Below are positions 11,001-22,620 of a stretch of 64,000 nt of DNA, in pieces. Under the pieces are notes generated by a model, which searched no databases, had not been told where the DNA came from, and worked only from the letters and a program-made list of their open reading frames with translations. The stretch comes from Lama glama. Taxonomy: Eukaryota. Position 1 is the stretch's first letter. Every line of letters starts with the position of its first letter. A program made the position numbers and the translations under genes. The stretch spans positions 620,001 to 684,000 of the forward strand of contig CM052837.1 in assembly GCA_028534125.1 (NCBI GenBank). The letters run 5' to 3'.

Positions 11001-14000
11001 GCGGGACGGGGCCCCTTCCACACGGCAGGCGTGGCGCAGGGACCAGCGCATTCCTGTTGCACGTTAAAACGCCGTCTGCCACTTCAGGGCATCTAGGCTC
11101 TGCTCACTGGGGCTCCGTTTGGAAACGAAAACTTAAAAACCGATTCGCTTGTATGAGGAGACAGCCTTAGTGCACGAAGACTGTTGCAGGAGGCCACCCT
11201 GTCAGAATCACAAAGCAGACGAGCTAGGTTTCACTCCAGCAAATGCAGTTGCGAGTCAGCACTCACTTCAACGCGGGCTGGGGTGGGTGTTTCGTTGACT
11301 GTGCACCCTTGGTGGCCTTGGGGAGTAGCTGACACTCCCCAGGTGGGAATGGGTCTTAAGACGCTGCTCCTGGACCAGACCTTCTCTGGCAAAAGGCAGA
11401 AGTCAGCCCGTGCTGGTGCCAGCTGCCGGGGGAGCGGACTGGACGGGTGACTGGGAAGCGCAGGCCCAGCCAAGCAGGGCTTGGACATGGAGCATCCATG
11501 GTCCCGGCAAAGTCACCGGCCTGGGTGGGGTCACTTTGCAGGGGTGGGAGGTGCTGGTCGGTCAGCCAGGCTCGGCGTCGATGAGGACGTGCCGGGAGGC
11601 AGAGGCGGCCGGCTCGCACACTGGGCACCCCGCGTCACTGCTGCAGTGCCAGTGCTGTCGTCCCTGGAAGGCGCCCGTTCCCCCTCGGGTCGCGGCTCCA
11701 CAAGGCCCTGGCCGATTCGAGACACCGCTGTGCTGTGGGAAATTCTTGGAGAACCTCAGCGTTCATCTGTGGCAGCCGGAGACTGGCCACTTACCCAAAG
11801 ATTGGAAAATGTCTTGCAAAATGGAACACAGACATGGAAAGCCCCCCAGTCCAACGTGCGGCTTCGTGAATTATTGTTAGGCTCCAGGACCAGGGCTGGC
11901 GATCTCAGCAGACAGCTGGGCTTCGTGCCGGGGCTGCCGCAGGGTGCCTGCCGGGCCTGGCTCCTGGTGCTGGCGTCCGCGCGAGCTGGGCTGTGCACCG
12001 GGACTCCGTCTTCCCTGCTGGGACTGCTGTGCCCCGTCTTGCTCTTGGTGGCTGTGGGAGTGGCTGCGCCCTGGAGCTCCAGAACATCCTGTGACGCGAG
12101 GGAAGGGGCTGACAGGCCCTGACTGCCCTCCTCCCGTTCCTGCAGCTGGTGTTTGACTACCGTCCAGGCGACATCTTCGGCTGTGTGGCCGACATCGGCT
12201 GGATCACAGGACACAGCTACGTGGTGTACGGGCCCCTCTGCAATGGAGCCACCAGCGTCCTTTTTGAGAGCACTCCAGTGTACCCTGACCCCGGTGAGGA
12301 CACAGGAGGGAGGAGGGGGGATCACCTCTTTGGCGTGAGTCCCCACTGTGTCCCGAGGGTCAGCACGTGGGTCAGCGCGCAGGGCCAGGGTGTGTGGGGA
12401 GCAGCTGCGCTGCGTGGGGCACCCTCCCGCCCGCAGTGGGTGTGGAGTCGGTCTTGTGACACGGTGCCCCGTCCCCGTGGGCCGGCCCTGGCTGGGAGCT
12501 GCGCTGCGGACTCTCAGGCTGACCGGGCACCCCGGCGTCCTCAGGTCGGTACTGGGAGACGGTGCAGAGGCTGAAGATCACTCAGTTCTACGGCGCCCCC
12601 ACGGCCGTCCGGCTGCTGCTCAAGTACGGGGACTCCTGGGTGAAGAAGTACGACCGCTCCTCCCTGCGGACCCTGGGCTCAGGTGAGCGGCGGGCCAGGA
12701 GGGCTGTGCACGCCCTGAGAGCCAGTGGGGGCTTCAGGACGGCCTCGTCACAGAAGGTCGCTCGACACCGGGCTGTGGCCACGAGGAAGCTGGTGTCCTG
12801 CCTGGAGGCTCCTCCCTGGAGCCCGCAGCCTCTAAGTGTTGGGCTCAGCACTGGGACATGCTCGTATTCCATCTTTCTTAGGAAATCTCACCAGCGCGGG
12901 GAGGTCAGGCTGAGCCTGTTCCCCGGGGCTGCTGGGGACTTCACCGGCCAGGCCGCCCCTGCTGTTCCCCGCACTGTCTTATCGTCATCCTGCCCTCAGT
13001 GCTGCTTGCGCTGTAGGGGTTTCCAGGGAGGGAGGGAGTTGTGAGATGGAAGGTTCTCCCCCCTGCAATCCTGTTGGGTGCCGCCAAGTCACATGGAAGC
13101 AGACAGGAAAGGTGAGAAGGGCCACCTTGAGTTGAGCTGGTCCCAGAAGGTGGAAGGCGCCAGGCCTGGGCTCCCCCAGGGGCTTTGTTGCTCAAGAACC
13201 AGGACTGAGATGACAAGGGGGACTCTCTGAGTCCCGTGGGAGAAGGTGGGGAGGAGCGCCTCCCCCTCACTAGGGGCGGGGCCTGTGGTCCTCACCCTGT
13301 GAGGGCCATGACCACCAGAGCCACTTTCTTGGACCAGGCAGTACTCAGTGTGCACCGGGGACCCCCCTCACCAGGGACCCCTTCACCAGGGACACCCCCT
13401 CACCAGGGGCCCCCCTCACCAGAGGCCCCCCTCACCAGGGACACCCCTTCACCAGGGACACCCCTCAACAGGGACCCCCCTCACCAGGGACACCCCCTCA
13501 CCAGGGACCCCCTCACCAGGGAACCCCCTCACCAGGGACACCCCCTCACCAGAGACCCCCCCCTTCACCAGGGAGCCCTCACAGGCTCACCGGGCTCAGT
13601 GTATTTTGCTGGTCTGGGAGGCATTCCTGCTGCGTAAGTAGTGCCACCAGCAGAGCCCTGGGGGGGTGTTTCCTGAGACCAGGGTATTGTCAACGAAAAC
13701 AGTCAGTAACCAGCCTGTAATCAGAATAGAAGAGAGTTTTATTCGAGCCGAACTGAGGACTGTAGCTCCGAGGAGCTGCTCTGGAGAAGCCTGGTTTTCA
13801 GCAGTTTCACGTCTTATCAGAACACAGCACATCAAACAAGTCAGGGTGGCCTCCTTCACGGTTTCCAAAACGACGTAAGCCCGCACACGGCGCGTCCGCG
13901 TGGCCAGGTGCCGGGGAAGGGAGTCTGCTCACGGCGGAGCCCAAGGAGGGAAGCTCTGCGTCCCAGGGAGGGTGGCGGTCACCTGTATCTTCAAACAGAC

Positions 14001-17000
14001 GTGCTTTACTTCTGGCCGCCGCGCTCCTCCCTTTAATGATGAAAGCAGGTGCGGGACGAGGGTTTGACGGGCCACAAACAGGCTGTTGCCGTCAGTGTGA
14101 GTCCCTGGTAAACGGTGTGTGAGCCAGTGACTTCCAGTGAGGCCCAGTTAGCTGGGTGGGCACCGGGGCTGCTCCCTGCCTTGCAGGGCTGGGCCCCTGG
14201 CCGCTTCGGCTCAGGCCGACCCCAGCGCTGCCCAGCCCACACAGCTCAGCGGGCTCTGGGCGGCCCCTTTGCGCAGCCTCTCTCGTCAGCAGAATCCAGC
14301 TCTCTCAAGACTCATACCCAAGGTTTTGTTTCTTGAAAAAATTTTAAACTTCAATTTCACAAGTGCACAGATGCCTTCTTGTTGGGAAAAGACAGAATCA
14401 GAAGGTGGCCGGGAAAGCCGAGCTCTACCGTGGGGGCAGACACAGCTCCGCCTGTGGTCACACTGTGCTGCCCCTCTGTGACGCTGACCTAACAGACGAC
14501 GTGCAGTTTCCCACCGGCTCTGACTGCGTCCTGGAGGGGTGCTAGGGAGTGTGTGGCCCACGTGGCCACGTCCCTGGGCGTTCAGGCCCTTGTCTGTTTC
14601 CCAGCTCGTCAGCCGGTGCTGCGTGTGTGTGTGTGTGTGTGAGTGCAGGACGACCATGACCCCTGATGGAGCCGTGGACCTTCTTGGTCTCAGGCTCCCT
14701 GTGCCCCAGCCGTGCCCCAGCCGTGCCCCTCTGCGGCCCCTGTGACCTGCTCAGCTCAGACTGAGTTCCTGGTTCTTGAACTTCGTGGACTGAGGCTTGT
14801 GTGCTGCCTTCGCTTGGGCAGTGGCCCTGCCACACAGCGTGGCTGCCCTTTTCCCTGGTGTGGGCTTCCACTGCACAAATGTGCCCTGATACACTTCTCA
14901 CCTGCTCTCCACGACGTTTGTTAGCTTTTGCCCACGGGGACATCGTCATCCATGTCTGCCTGTGGTGGGTGTGTGCCGTTTCCAGTAACAGACAAACGTG
15001 CTTAGTGCTAGTGGACTCTGCCACCAGCCCTTGTCCATAGCCCTTGTGTCAGCTGCGTGCACTTGTAAACCTGGAGAGAAACAGCACCGCCCCCCGAATC
15101 GGCCCCGACAGCGACTGCACTGGTGCCTGCTCCACATTCTTGATCTCGACCCTCTGTTGGGGAAAGTATCTCGTTGTAATTCGTGTTCTTTGATGGCTGT
15201 AAATGTGATAATCTCACTGCCCTTTCAAGTCTCCTTTTGTGTATTTTAGGGTAATTACAGAGCTGTCTTCCTTGTACAATCTGTCCCTTTTGGTTTCAGC
15301 TTTGTTGAGATCTCTGAATGTCTTCTCTCTCGTATGTGGTTTCAGTGGGAGAGCCAATCAACCAGGAGGCCTGGGAGTGGCTGTACGACGTGGTGGGGGA
15401 CAGACGGTGCACGGTGGTGGACACCTGGTGGCAGACAGGTGAGCGCATCCCCGGGGAGGAGGGGTGGGATGGGGGAGGCGGCGTGGGCACCAAGGCTCCT
15501 GGGACGGAAGGCTTGTCCTGGGCGGAGGGGCCAGTGCCGGGGCTGGGTTTCTCCTCAAAGGTCCTTTTGTCCCTGGGGGCTGTTTCCTTGCCCAACACGG
15601 GCAGTCGCCCCTCCTCCAGAGGGCCAGGTTGGTGTAAACGTGTCACTGGTCCCTGGCCCAGCAGCCTTTCCCGCGTCCTCCCCACAGAGACAGGTGGCAT
15701 CTGCATCTCCCCACGGCCCTCGGAGGAGGGGGCAGAGATCATACCCGCCATGGCCATGAGGCCCTTCTTTGGCATCGTCCCTGTCCTCATGGATGAGCAG
15801 GTGAGTCCCCTCCTCGTGCCCTGCCCAGCCCACTGCACCTTCCCAGCCTCCGCTGCCCCTTCTCTGGTTGGAGGAGAAGGCCCCGGGCAGCTCCTTCCTG
15901 GGCCCTTGTCCTTTGCCTGAGTCAAGCTGGCAGTTAGGAGATGATGACAGGGTCGTTTCGTCCTGTGTCCCCCGGGTCTGTAGGGAAATGTCGTGGAGGG
16001 CGGGGACGTCTCTGGGGCTCTGTGCCTCTCCCAAGCCTGGCCGGGCATGGCCAGGACCATCTTCGGAGACCACCAGAGATTCCTGGACGCCTACTTCAAG
16101 GCTTATCCAGGTGAGCCTTTCCCGCCGCCACTGGACTCGGGCTCAGAGGTCTGAGCGCAGTGGGTGAACCCGCCCTACTTCCCTTAGCTCTGAGAGGGCC
16201 CTTGGGAGGGGGCAAGCCGTTGGCTCCCAGGAGAGGGGTGGGAGCCACCCTGGGGACAAGCCACGGCTCCAGTCCCTGCCCGCTGCTCGTGCGGTCGGGC
16301 TGGAGTGTGTGCCCACGTGTCCCTGTGGGAACTGACGACGTTCAGCGCACACTTGTCAGGGAAACTTGTGCCCCTCGCGTCACCTGCTCCCACAGCCGGC
16401 CGCCTCTGGCTGTTGGGCCTCTCTGCCCTTTACCGGCACCAGCCCTGTGGCATCTGAGAAGGGTCTCTGTGGGGTCGCGAGGAGGCCAGCGGGGCAGGAG
16501 CGCGTCCTTCCGTGGGGCACTGGGAGCCCCGCGGGCCTGGGTCGGAGCTGGCGCCGAGACCCCCGCTATGCTGCAGGCTACTACTTCACCGGGGATGGCG
16601 CCTACCGGACCCCGGAAGGCTACTACCAGATCACAGGGCGGATGGACGACGTGATCAATATCAGTGGCCACCGGGTGGGGACGGCCGAGATCGAGGACGC
16701 TCTGGTGAGTGTGGCTCCCCGGGCTGGCTGCTGGGTGCTGAGGTGTGGGGTGGTCATTGAGTGCCCAGTTGGGGTTTCACCTCTGTTGTCTCGTCCTCCC
16801 GTGCACAGGCTGACCACCCTGCGGTGCCGGAGACGGCCGTCATCGGCTACCCCCATGACATCAAGGGAGAAGGTGGGTGTCCCCCATGAGAGGACCCCCC
16901 GGTCCTGGGCTCACGCCCACCAGGGGTCCTCCGCGAGGCACAGACTTGTAGGTCTGGCTGGGTTCCCGTCTGTCTGAGTGGAGAATTCGGGTGGGTGGCT

Positions 17001-18771
17001 GAAGAGCAGGCGTCGCATGTCAGAAGGAAGTCAGGGCTCTGAGAGGCCCCAGCTCCACTGTCCTTTAAGGACGCTCACCCACACACAGCTGTCACGTCGG
17101 CCCAGCTGAGCTCGGGGAGCCTCCTCCCTGTCCATGGGCTCTGGCGGCCCTATCAGGGATGGCCTGTATGAGGTGCCCTGCTCTGTCATGCGTCCCCTCG
17201 CCCGCGCTCCATCACAGCGCCTGGGCCAGCTCTGCAGCCGCCGCGTTGGCAGAGGGCGGGTGTCCTGGAGCGGCTCCGTGGCCGCCCCGTGGTTCCTACT
17301 GCGCAGTGATGGGCAGGGGGCCCAGAGTAAGGGGTCCTCACTGGGGACACACTTTGGGTTTATTCATGGTCTAGCGCATCCTACACCTTTGCTCTCCTTC
17401 CAGCCGCGTTTGCCTTCATCGTGCTGAAAGAGGACGCGGGTGATGCAGACGCGGTGATGAATGAGCTCCGGTCCGCGGTGGCCACCAAGATTGCCAAGTA
17501 CGCGGTGCCCGATCAGATTCTGGTGAGTGGACTTGCCTCGGGGCCATAGCACTGCTGCTTTTAAGCCTCCCCCTTGCTTCCCAGAGCCGATGGCCCCTCT
17601 TGTTCGCCCCAGAACTCCCAGGAGGTAGGTGAGGATGGTGGGCCCTGCATCCTCGGGGGATGGAGACATGGCCACCTGTGTGGGGAGAGCTGAGCATATG
17701 AGGCTGGTTTCGGGAGCAGGCTGGTCACTGCAGAGAAGTGGACATCACAAACAGGCCTGGGACAGGGCTAGAGTTCCCCAGCGCCCACCGCTTTTCTGAG
17801 CGGGATTTGGTTGCTGTGAGAGAGACACCACCAGCCCTGACGGGTGCCTGTGTTGGGGCTGGTTCTGGGGAGGAGCTGGACCGTTTTCAGTCCCACTGGC
17901 TTTTCACTCTTTCCTTTAACACCGACCCACTACCTTCCTCGGCTGGGAGCCTGGCCTGAGGCAGGACGGCCCAGCCTCACTTGGTGCCACACGAGGTCAA
18001 ACTGTCGGTCTGGTGACCAGTGTCCCCTGAACCCCCTAGAGGTGAACTGGACTCATTCACAGTTAGGGGCCCAAACTCGGTTTTTAACGTACTGCCTTGA
18101 TGTTGGGCGGCTGTGGTTGTTAGAAAATGTTAAACGCTGAATTTCAAACACGAAGCAGGACAACATTCTCCTCTCAAGCAGCTCTTGCTTCTCGTTAGAA
18201 AAAAGCCGCTTCGGCCTCAGCTGGGGGAGGAGACAAGGGGCCACAGTGTGGCCTGGCTTTGCTGCACCTGCGAGCCCTCCCTCGCGAGGGGGGCAGAGAA
18301 GCAGGTGTCGGCGGTGAGGTCAGCTCCAGCCCGGGGGGCCTCCCGGGTGGAGGGCGTCAGTGACACCCCTGACCGTGCCTGGTCCCGCCCTCTGGGCTGA
18401 TGTCCGCTTTAGGTCCGGGGGAGGGGACAGAAGCAGAGGCCTCGGCCCCGCTGTCCTCCGCGGTGGGCTGCACACCACCAGGTCCCAGGGCCGGGTGTGC
18501 TCCCACCAGAGGCCGCCTCAGCTCCAGGCGCAGCGATGCCGGGGGGGAGTCTGGGCGCTGCCCGGCACTCACACTGCACCTTCCCTGCCAGGTAGTGAAA
18601 CGTCTTCCAAAGACGCGGTCTGGGAAAGTCATGCGGAGGCTCCTGAGGAAGATCATCACGGACAAGGCCCAGGACCTGGGGGACACCACCACGCTGGAGG
18701 ACCCCAGCGTCGTCACAGAGATCCTGAGTGCCTACCACAAGTACAAAGACAAGCAGGCGGCCGGCCCGTGA
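7845..18771 (+). CDS. ACSS1: ACSS1 mitochondrial acetyl-CoA synthetase, 5'-partial spliced CDS: join(7845-8044,10126-10301,10644-10796,12146-12293,12545-12682,15346-15438,15688-15800,15984-16110,16577-16704,16809-16872,17404-17522,18592-18771)
   Basis: 12 exons with GT-AG junctions and consistent phases (1639 nt = 1 nt + 546 codons incl. stop). Motifs [44 protein letters not shown] and [11 protein letters not shown]. Synteny with APMAP and CST7. Confidence 0.97.
10126..10301 (+). CDS. ACSS1: ACSS1 exon 4 ([15 protein letters not shown]...DIPLEQ)
   Basis: gttgacag| acceptor, CAG|gtgggt donor, 176 nt. Confidence 0.95.
10644..10796 (+). CDS. ACSS1: ACSS1 exon 5, AMP-binding loop ([12 protein letters not shown])
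   Basis: ccttgcag| acceptor, CGG|gtacag donor, 153 nt. Confidence 0.95.
12146..12293 (+). CDS. ACSS1: ACSS1 exon 6 ([25 protein letters not shown]...)
   Basis: cctgcag| acceptor, CCG|gtgagg donor, 148 nt. Confidence 0.95.
12545..12682 (+). CDS. ACSS1: ACSS1 exon 7 ([22 protein letters not shown]...LGS)
   Basis: cctcag| acceptor, CAG|gtgagc donor, 138 nt. Confidence 0.95.
13353..13583. repeat. Minisatellite in ACSS1 intron 7, about 14 units of roughly 15-19 bp (consensus near GGGACACCCCCTCACCA)
   Basis: Read directly from the sequence. Confidence 0.95.
13688..14361 (-). mobile_element. Probable ERV1/MER41-like solo LTR, antisense
   Basis: TG...CA ends and a ttttattcgagccgaactgaggact...gctgctctggagaag pattern like artiodactyl ERV1 LTRs. 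No clear target-site duplication. Confidence 0.45.
14620..14641. repeat. (TG)n microsatellite
   Basis: Read directly from the sequence. Confidence 0.9.
15346..15438 (+). CDS. ACSS1: ACSS1 exon 8 ([17 protein letters not shown]...DTWWQT)
   Basis: tttcag| acceptor, CAG|gtgagc donor, 93 nt. Confidence 0.95.
15688..15800 (+). CDS. ACSS1: ACSS1 exon 9 ([14 protein letters not shown]...LMDEQ)
   Basis: cccacag| acceptor, CAG|gtgagt donor, 113 nt. Confidence 0.95.
15984..16110 (+). CDS. ACSS1: ACSS1 exon 10 ([33 protein letters not shown]...)
   Basis: ctgtag| acceptor, CAG|gtgagc donor, 127 nt. Confidence 0.95.
16577..16704 (+). CDS. ACSS1: ACSS1 exon 11 ([10 protein letters not shown]...[23 protein letters not shown])
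   Basis: ctgcag| acceptor, CTG|gtgagt donor, 128 nt. Confidence 0.95.
16809..16872 (+). CDS. ACSS1: ACSS1 exon 12 ([21 protein letters not shown])
   Basis: gcacag| acceptor, AAG|gtgggt donor, 64 nt. Confidence 0.95.
17404..17522 (+). CDS. ACSS1: ACSS1 exon 13 ([12 protein letters not shown]...[12 protein letters not shown])
   Basis: ccttccag| acceptor, CTG|gtgagt donor, 119 nt. Confidence 0.95.
18592..18771 (+). CDS. ACSS1: ACSS1 last coding exon ([16 protein letters not shown]...AAGP*), with the acetylation-regulated catalytic Lys at codon 18625-18627
   Basis: ctgccag| acceptor, TGA at 18769-18771. PKTRSGK is the conserved SIRT3-regulated lysine motif. Confidence 0.95.
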   Translation, partial: VVKRLPKTRSGKVMRRLLRKIITDKAQDLGDTTTLEDPSVVTEILSAYHKYKDKQAAGP

Positions 18772-20018
18772 TGGGCTTTGCCGAGACCCGGTGCCAACCT
18801 GTGCTCCAGACACAGCTCCAAGCTGGGAGATTCCTGGCCATCCCCATGTGTGTCCCCCCGGCACAGAGCCCACACCGCCCTTAATGTGAAGTCCCAACGT
18901 CCCCGCCTTCCCTCCCCTGGAGAGTCCTTGGCGAGGCCCCCTCAGCAGTGGGGAGCTTCTTTCCACTTGCCCCGACCTGGGTTTCCTGGGGGGAAGCCGC
19001 TGTCACCTCGTCCCCATGTCCTCTCCAGTCAGCATGGGAAGGCGGGGCACCTGGTGCAAGTGCCTGCTCAGATGACTGGGAATGAGAAGCAGTCATTTCC
19101 CCCCAGGTGTTTCTAGGAACGAAAGGGAGAAATCTTATTATTCTTTTACATTTTAGAGGAATGGTGCAGACACACGTGCAGTGTGTGGTTCACTTGTACA
19201 CTCTAACAGTTACGAAAAGCTACTTTTTCGCCTCTGCTCGTGGGGAAACGTGCACTTTTAGGTACTGTTTGGCATATTTGAAATATGAATTGCAAATGTT
19301 TGTACCTCTGAACACAGCTGTCTTGAGACCTTTCAAGCCTGCAGCGTTCATTTCTGGTGTGTTTCTACTTCCTGGGTTTAAGTGCAATGACGCCTAACTC
19401 CTGAGAGCAGCTGTGGGGAAGGGCGTGCTGTGCAGGTCGGAAGCGGGTCTGGTCACGAGTGGTTTCTGGGAGCTGTGGTCTGGACGGCCCCCTCACCCCC
19501 AACCTTGCCCACTCTCCACCTGCAGGGCTGTTCAGGGAAGCCAGACTCACTGGTCAGGCCGGAACTGGGTCCCCACAAACCGCCCTTCCTTCCTGTTCTG
19601 AGTCAGGTCTCTCCCTGTCAAAGGTGCCTTAGGTCCCTGCAACTGAGCAGGTCGATGCTGACCGTTAGGTTGCAAAATGCCTGATTAGCCAGGCACAGGC
19701 GGGCTGATGCTTGGAGTGCGGGGCAGGTGGCCTGCGGAGCTGGGTCCTGCAGGACAGGGAGGGCTGCCCGAATCTGTGCCCATAGCGGGCGAGGCCCTGT
19801 GCTGAGCCCCTGCCATACGTAGCTGTGCTGGCTTCTCAGGTGACCAGACCAGGCCAGGCGGCCTTGGCTGTGGTGCACAGATTGGCAGTGCTGACAACAG
19901 AGAACCACACACCTGTACCTGCCGAGTTTTGCTGGACTTGGCAGATTGCGGTTAGAAGTGACTTAGCCCTAACCTGGAACAGTGGCCAGGGCCTCAAAAT
20001 GACCTGCAATGCAGTTCA

Positions 20019-20024
20019 ACTAAA
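20019..20024 (+). terminator. Candidate non-canonical ACSS1 poly(A) signal ACTAAA
   Basis: About 1.25 kb after the stop, followed by a long U/GU-rich tract. No AATAAA or ATTAAA seen on the + strand before APMAP. Confidence 0.35.
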
Positions 20025-20199
20025 GCTTTATTTTGTTTATTGTTTTCTTTTGGGGGGTTTAAAAAATCAAATAATGCTATTCTTTGTTGTTGAATATAAT
20101 TCTTAAGATTCTCAAAAGAGAACACGTAAAAACACTCACCTCACGGGGGAAACACACAGCAAGCAGCCATTATGTGGTGGACCTCACTGTCTCTAGGTC

Positions 20200-20330
20200 C
20201 CTGTGCTGGCCAACCACTAGTCACACGTGGCTAGTTACATGTCAGTAAAAAGCCAGAACAAGTAAACAAAATGTTAGTTCCTTGGTGGCTGCAGCCACAG
20301 TGAAGTGCTCAGGTGCCACGTGGCCAGAGC
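20200..20330. mobile_element. MER3/MER33-like hAT-Charlie MITE relic
   Basis: ccactagtcacacgtggcta...gcagccacagtgaagtgctcaggtgccacgtggccag. Confidence 0.55.
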
Positions 20331-21499
20331 TCCCAGGAGATCCCGTGTGACGGGGGCCCTGGTGGTAGGTGCTGGGCTAGAACTCAGAGGACCAGGAAGC
20401 AAAACCACATGCAGCCGCCTGGTCCACGCCACAGGGAGCAGCTCAGCCTCCTGTGACCTGCCCCTGCCAGGCCATCCTTACTCCAGATGGGGTGGACACA
20501 GTGTCTGTATCCTTCCCTGGATGAGATGCAGGCTTCAGAGCAGAACACACCGAGTTGGTGCCCTGAGAGGTGGGACGAGAAGTCTCCAGAGAAGGAGCCT
20601 GAGTCTGTCCTGAGTCCCCTGGGGAGCGGGGAGGGAGGCTGGGGGAGGATTCTGCATGTAGGGAAAGGGGGCTCACTGCAGAAAGAACTGGTCTTCCCCC
20701 TCTGCACGCCCTGGCAAGTCAGGGCCCAACAGCCCTCTTCCGAACGATCTGGTCTGGGCAGGACAGCATGAGAGGGTTACAGACTGACTTTTCCAAGGAG
20801 GATGCCTGGGCCCCCTCCTGGTGAAGCTCCCTACTTTGTCAGCGCCCCACCCCCAGCTGCTGGGGGCCTGTCAAGGCCATTCCCAGCATCACAGGCTCTG
20901 GCCCAGCCGTGCTATCTGATCACGGAGTCCAACCACTAGGACGGTCCTCCTGGCAAGGGTAACTTATGAGCAAATGCCAGGGAAAGCAGCACCCCTGGAA
21001 CTGGGCCTCAGCCCCCATCTCCAGATGTGGGGAGAGGGTTCAGCTGGCCTAACCCGGGACCTAACTTGGTCCCTGGCTGTCCCCTCCCTGACTCCTCCAG
21101 TGACTCTCCTGGTTACAAGGTCTGACCCATCCCCACCAAGACCACCTACAGCTAACTCCAGCAGCAGGCCTCCGAGGACCCTTCTGTAACTCCCGTTTGG
21201 GGGAGAGTCACGGGTCCTCTGGCACATCCCTTTGCCGCAGCAAGTTCAATTAACTTTTTATTATTTTCCTGGCTGTTTTCGGGTGACATGGAATACAAAT
21301 AACAGGCTGTCCTCTAACTGGGACACAATGAAAGTGCCTTAAGGCAAGAAGATGTCCTGCTTTATAAATTCGGGGAAGGATTTTCAGCAAATGAAGTGGG
21401 TCCCGACCGATAAAAAACTGGTTTGGCCAAGTGGAGGTGAAGGGAAGCATTTCACAGAAAGAAGGAATCGTAGGGACAAAGGCAGGGAGGCCTAGAATT

Positions 21500-22620
21500 A
21501 GAAATACAGGGCTCCAGGCCGGAGCGACGACCCAGACAGGCGGGCGCGCAGAGCGTGCACTGCCCTGAGGCCGGCCCTGACGGAGCTGTGCTGGCTGCAT
21601 TCCCCCGGTGCCAGGCCGGGACGTGAACCGGGGCCCTGCAGACCTGGATGTACACGGGCGCCCTCCAGCACCAGCAAGGCCACGGCCTTCACGAGCAGTG
21701 CGGAAATCGATTCTCAGCGCTCCGCCCCCAGCAGCCTCTCCTGGGGACGCTGCACGTAACAGACCCTGCGTCCCTCTGCCTGGAAGGCCGCCTCCCCGCT
21801 TCTGCCCCAAGCCCCGTGCACGTCCGGCTCCGTCCCCGGCCAGACGCCCGAGGCGGCCGCGAGTCCCCGTCTGCGCGCGCAAGTCCCGCAGGGGTCTCGG
21901 CGGCCGGGCAGAGCGCCCCCTCCGGGAGGGCTCCGGTCCCGCTCTCGGCGCCCGGCATCACCGGATAACCTCGCCGAACGCCGCAGTGACAGTCACGAAA
22001 GGCGCAGCACCAGCGGCCGCCCTCTTCTGCCCGCGTCGGCTCGGAACCGGCCGCGGGACGCTGGGCGGGGACCGCGCGAGCTCGGACTCGTCGGGAAACA
22101 CCGGCAGCCACGCCCACCCAGCGTCCGGAAGGGGCGGGGCTCGCGGCTCGTCCGCCCGCGGCCGAGGAGGGAGGCGGGGTCTTGTGCGTCACTTCCTGGC
22201 GCCGGGCCGGAGGCAGTCAACGCGCAGCCCGGGCGGCGGGCACACCGGCACCATGAGCGAGGCCGACGGGTTACGGCAGCGCCGGCCTCTCCGGCCGCAG
22301 GTCGTCACGGATGACGGCCGGACCCCGGAGGCCAAGGGCGGCAGGTAGGCCGGGCCCGCAGCGGGGCGCTGGCAGAGACGAACCGGGGTCAGTTCAGTGT
22401 CCCGCAGCCTCGCTTCACCGGGAGGGAGCGCTCGGCTCCCGGCGCGCGGGGCGCCTGCCGCCCCTCCAGCGCGGTCGTAGCGTCCCCGCCCTGACCCCCG
22501 GCCGCCGCCTGCGTCTCCCGGGCCCGCCCGCACTTGCCTGCGCGGTCGCCCGCGGAGAGCGGCCTCCGCAGCCGGTCTTCTCGGCGCGGTTTTCAGGAAG
22601 AGCGGGGCACGGAAGGGACG
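21500..22620 (+). promoter_or_regulatory. APMAP: CpG-island promoter of APMAP
   Basis: Very high CpG density. GC boxes GGGGCGGGGC (22131) and GAGGCGGGG (22171), ETS site CCGGAAG (22125), ETS-CRE composite 22185-22198, no TATA box, overlaps exon 1. Confidence 0.9.
22253..22344 (+). CDS. APMAP: APMAP exon 1 coding part
   Basis: gcaccATGA start, AG|gtaggc donor, 92 nt. Confidence 0.95.

Noticed and set aside
18589-18600. The 12-mer CAGGTAGTGAAA is shared by the ACSS1 exon 14 and CST7 exon 3 acceptors (AG/GT, recursive-splice-like)
   Set aside because: Both exons simply start with Val-Val-Lys after CAG. The introns are short and there is no further similarity, so it is coincidence.
7845-18771. 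Bacterial acs gene or horizontal transfer (GSTGKPKG motif, high GC)
   Set aside because: Spliceosomal introns, exon sizes and synteny all fit vertebrate ACSS1.
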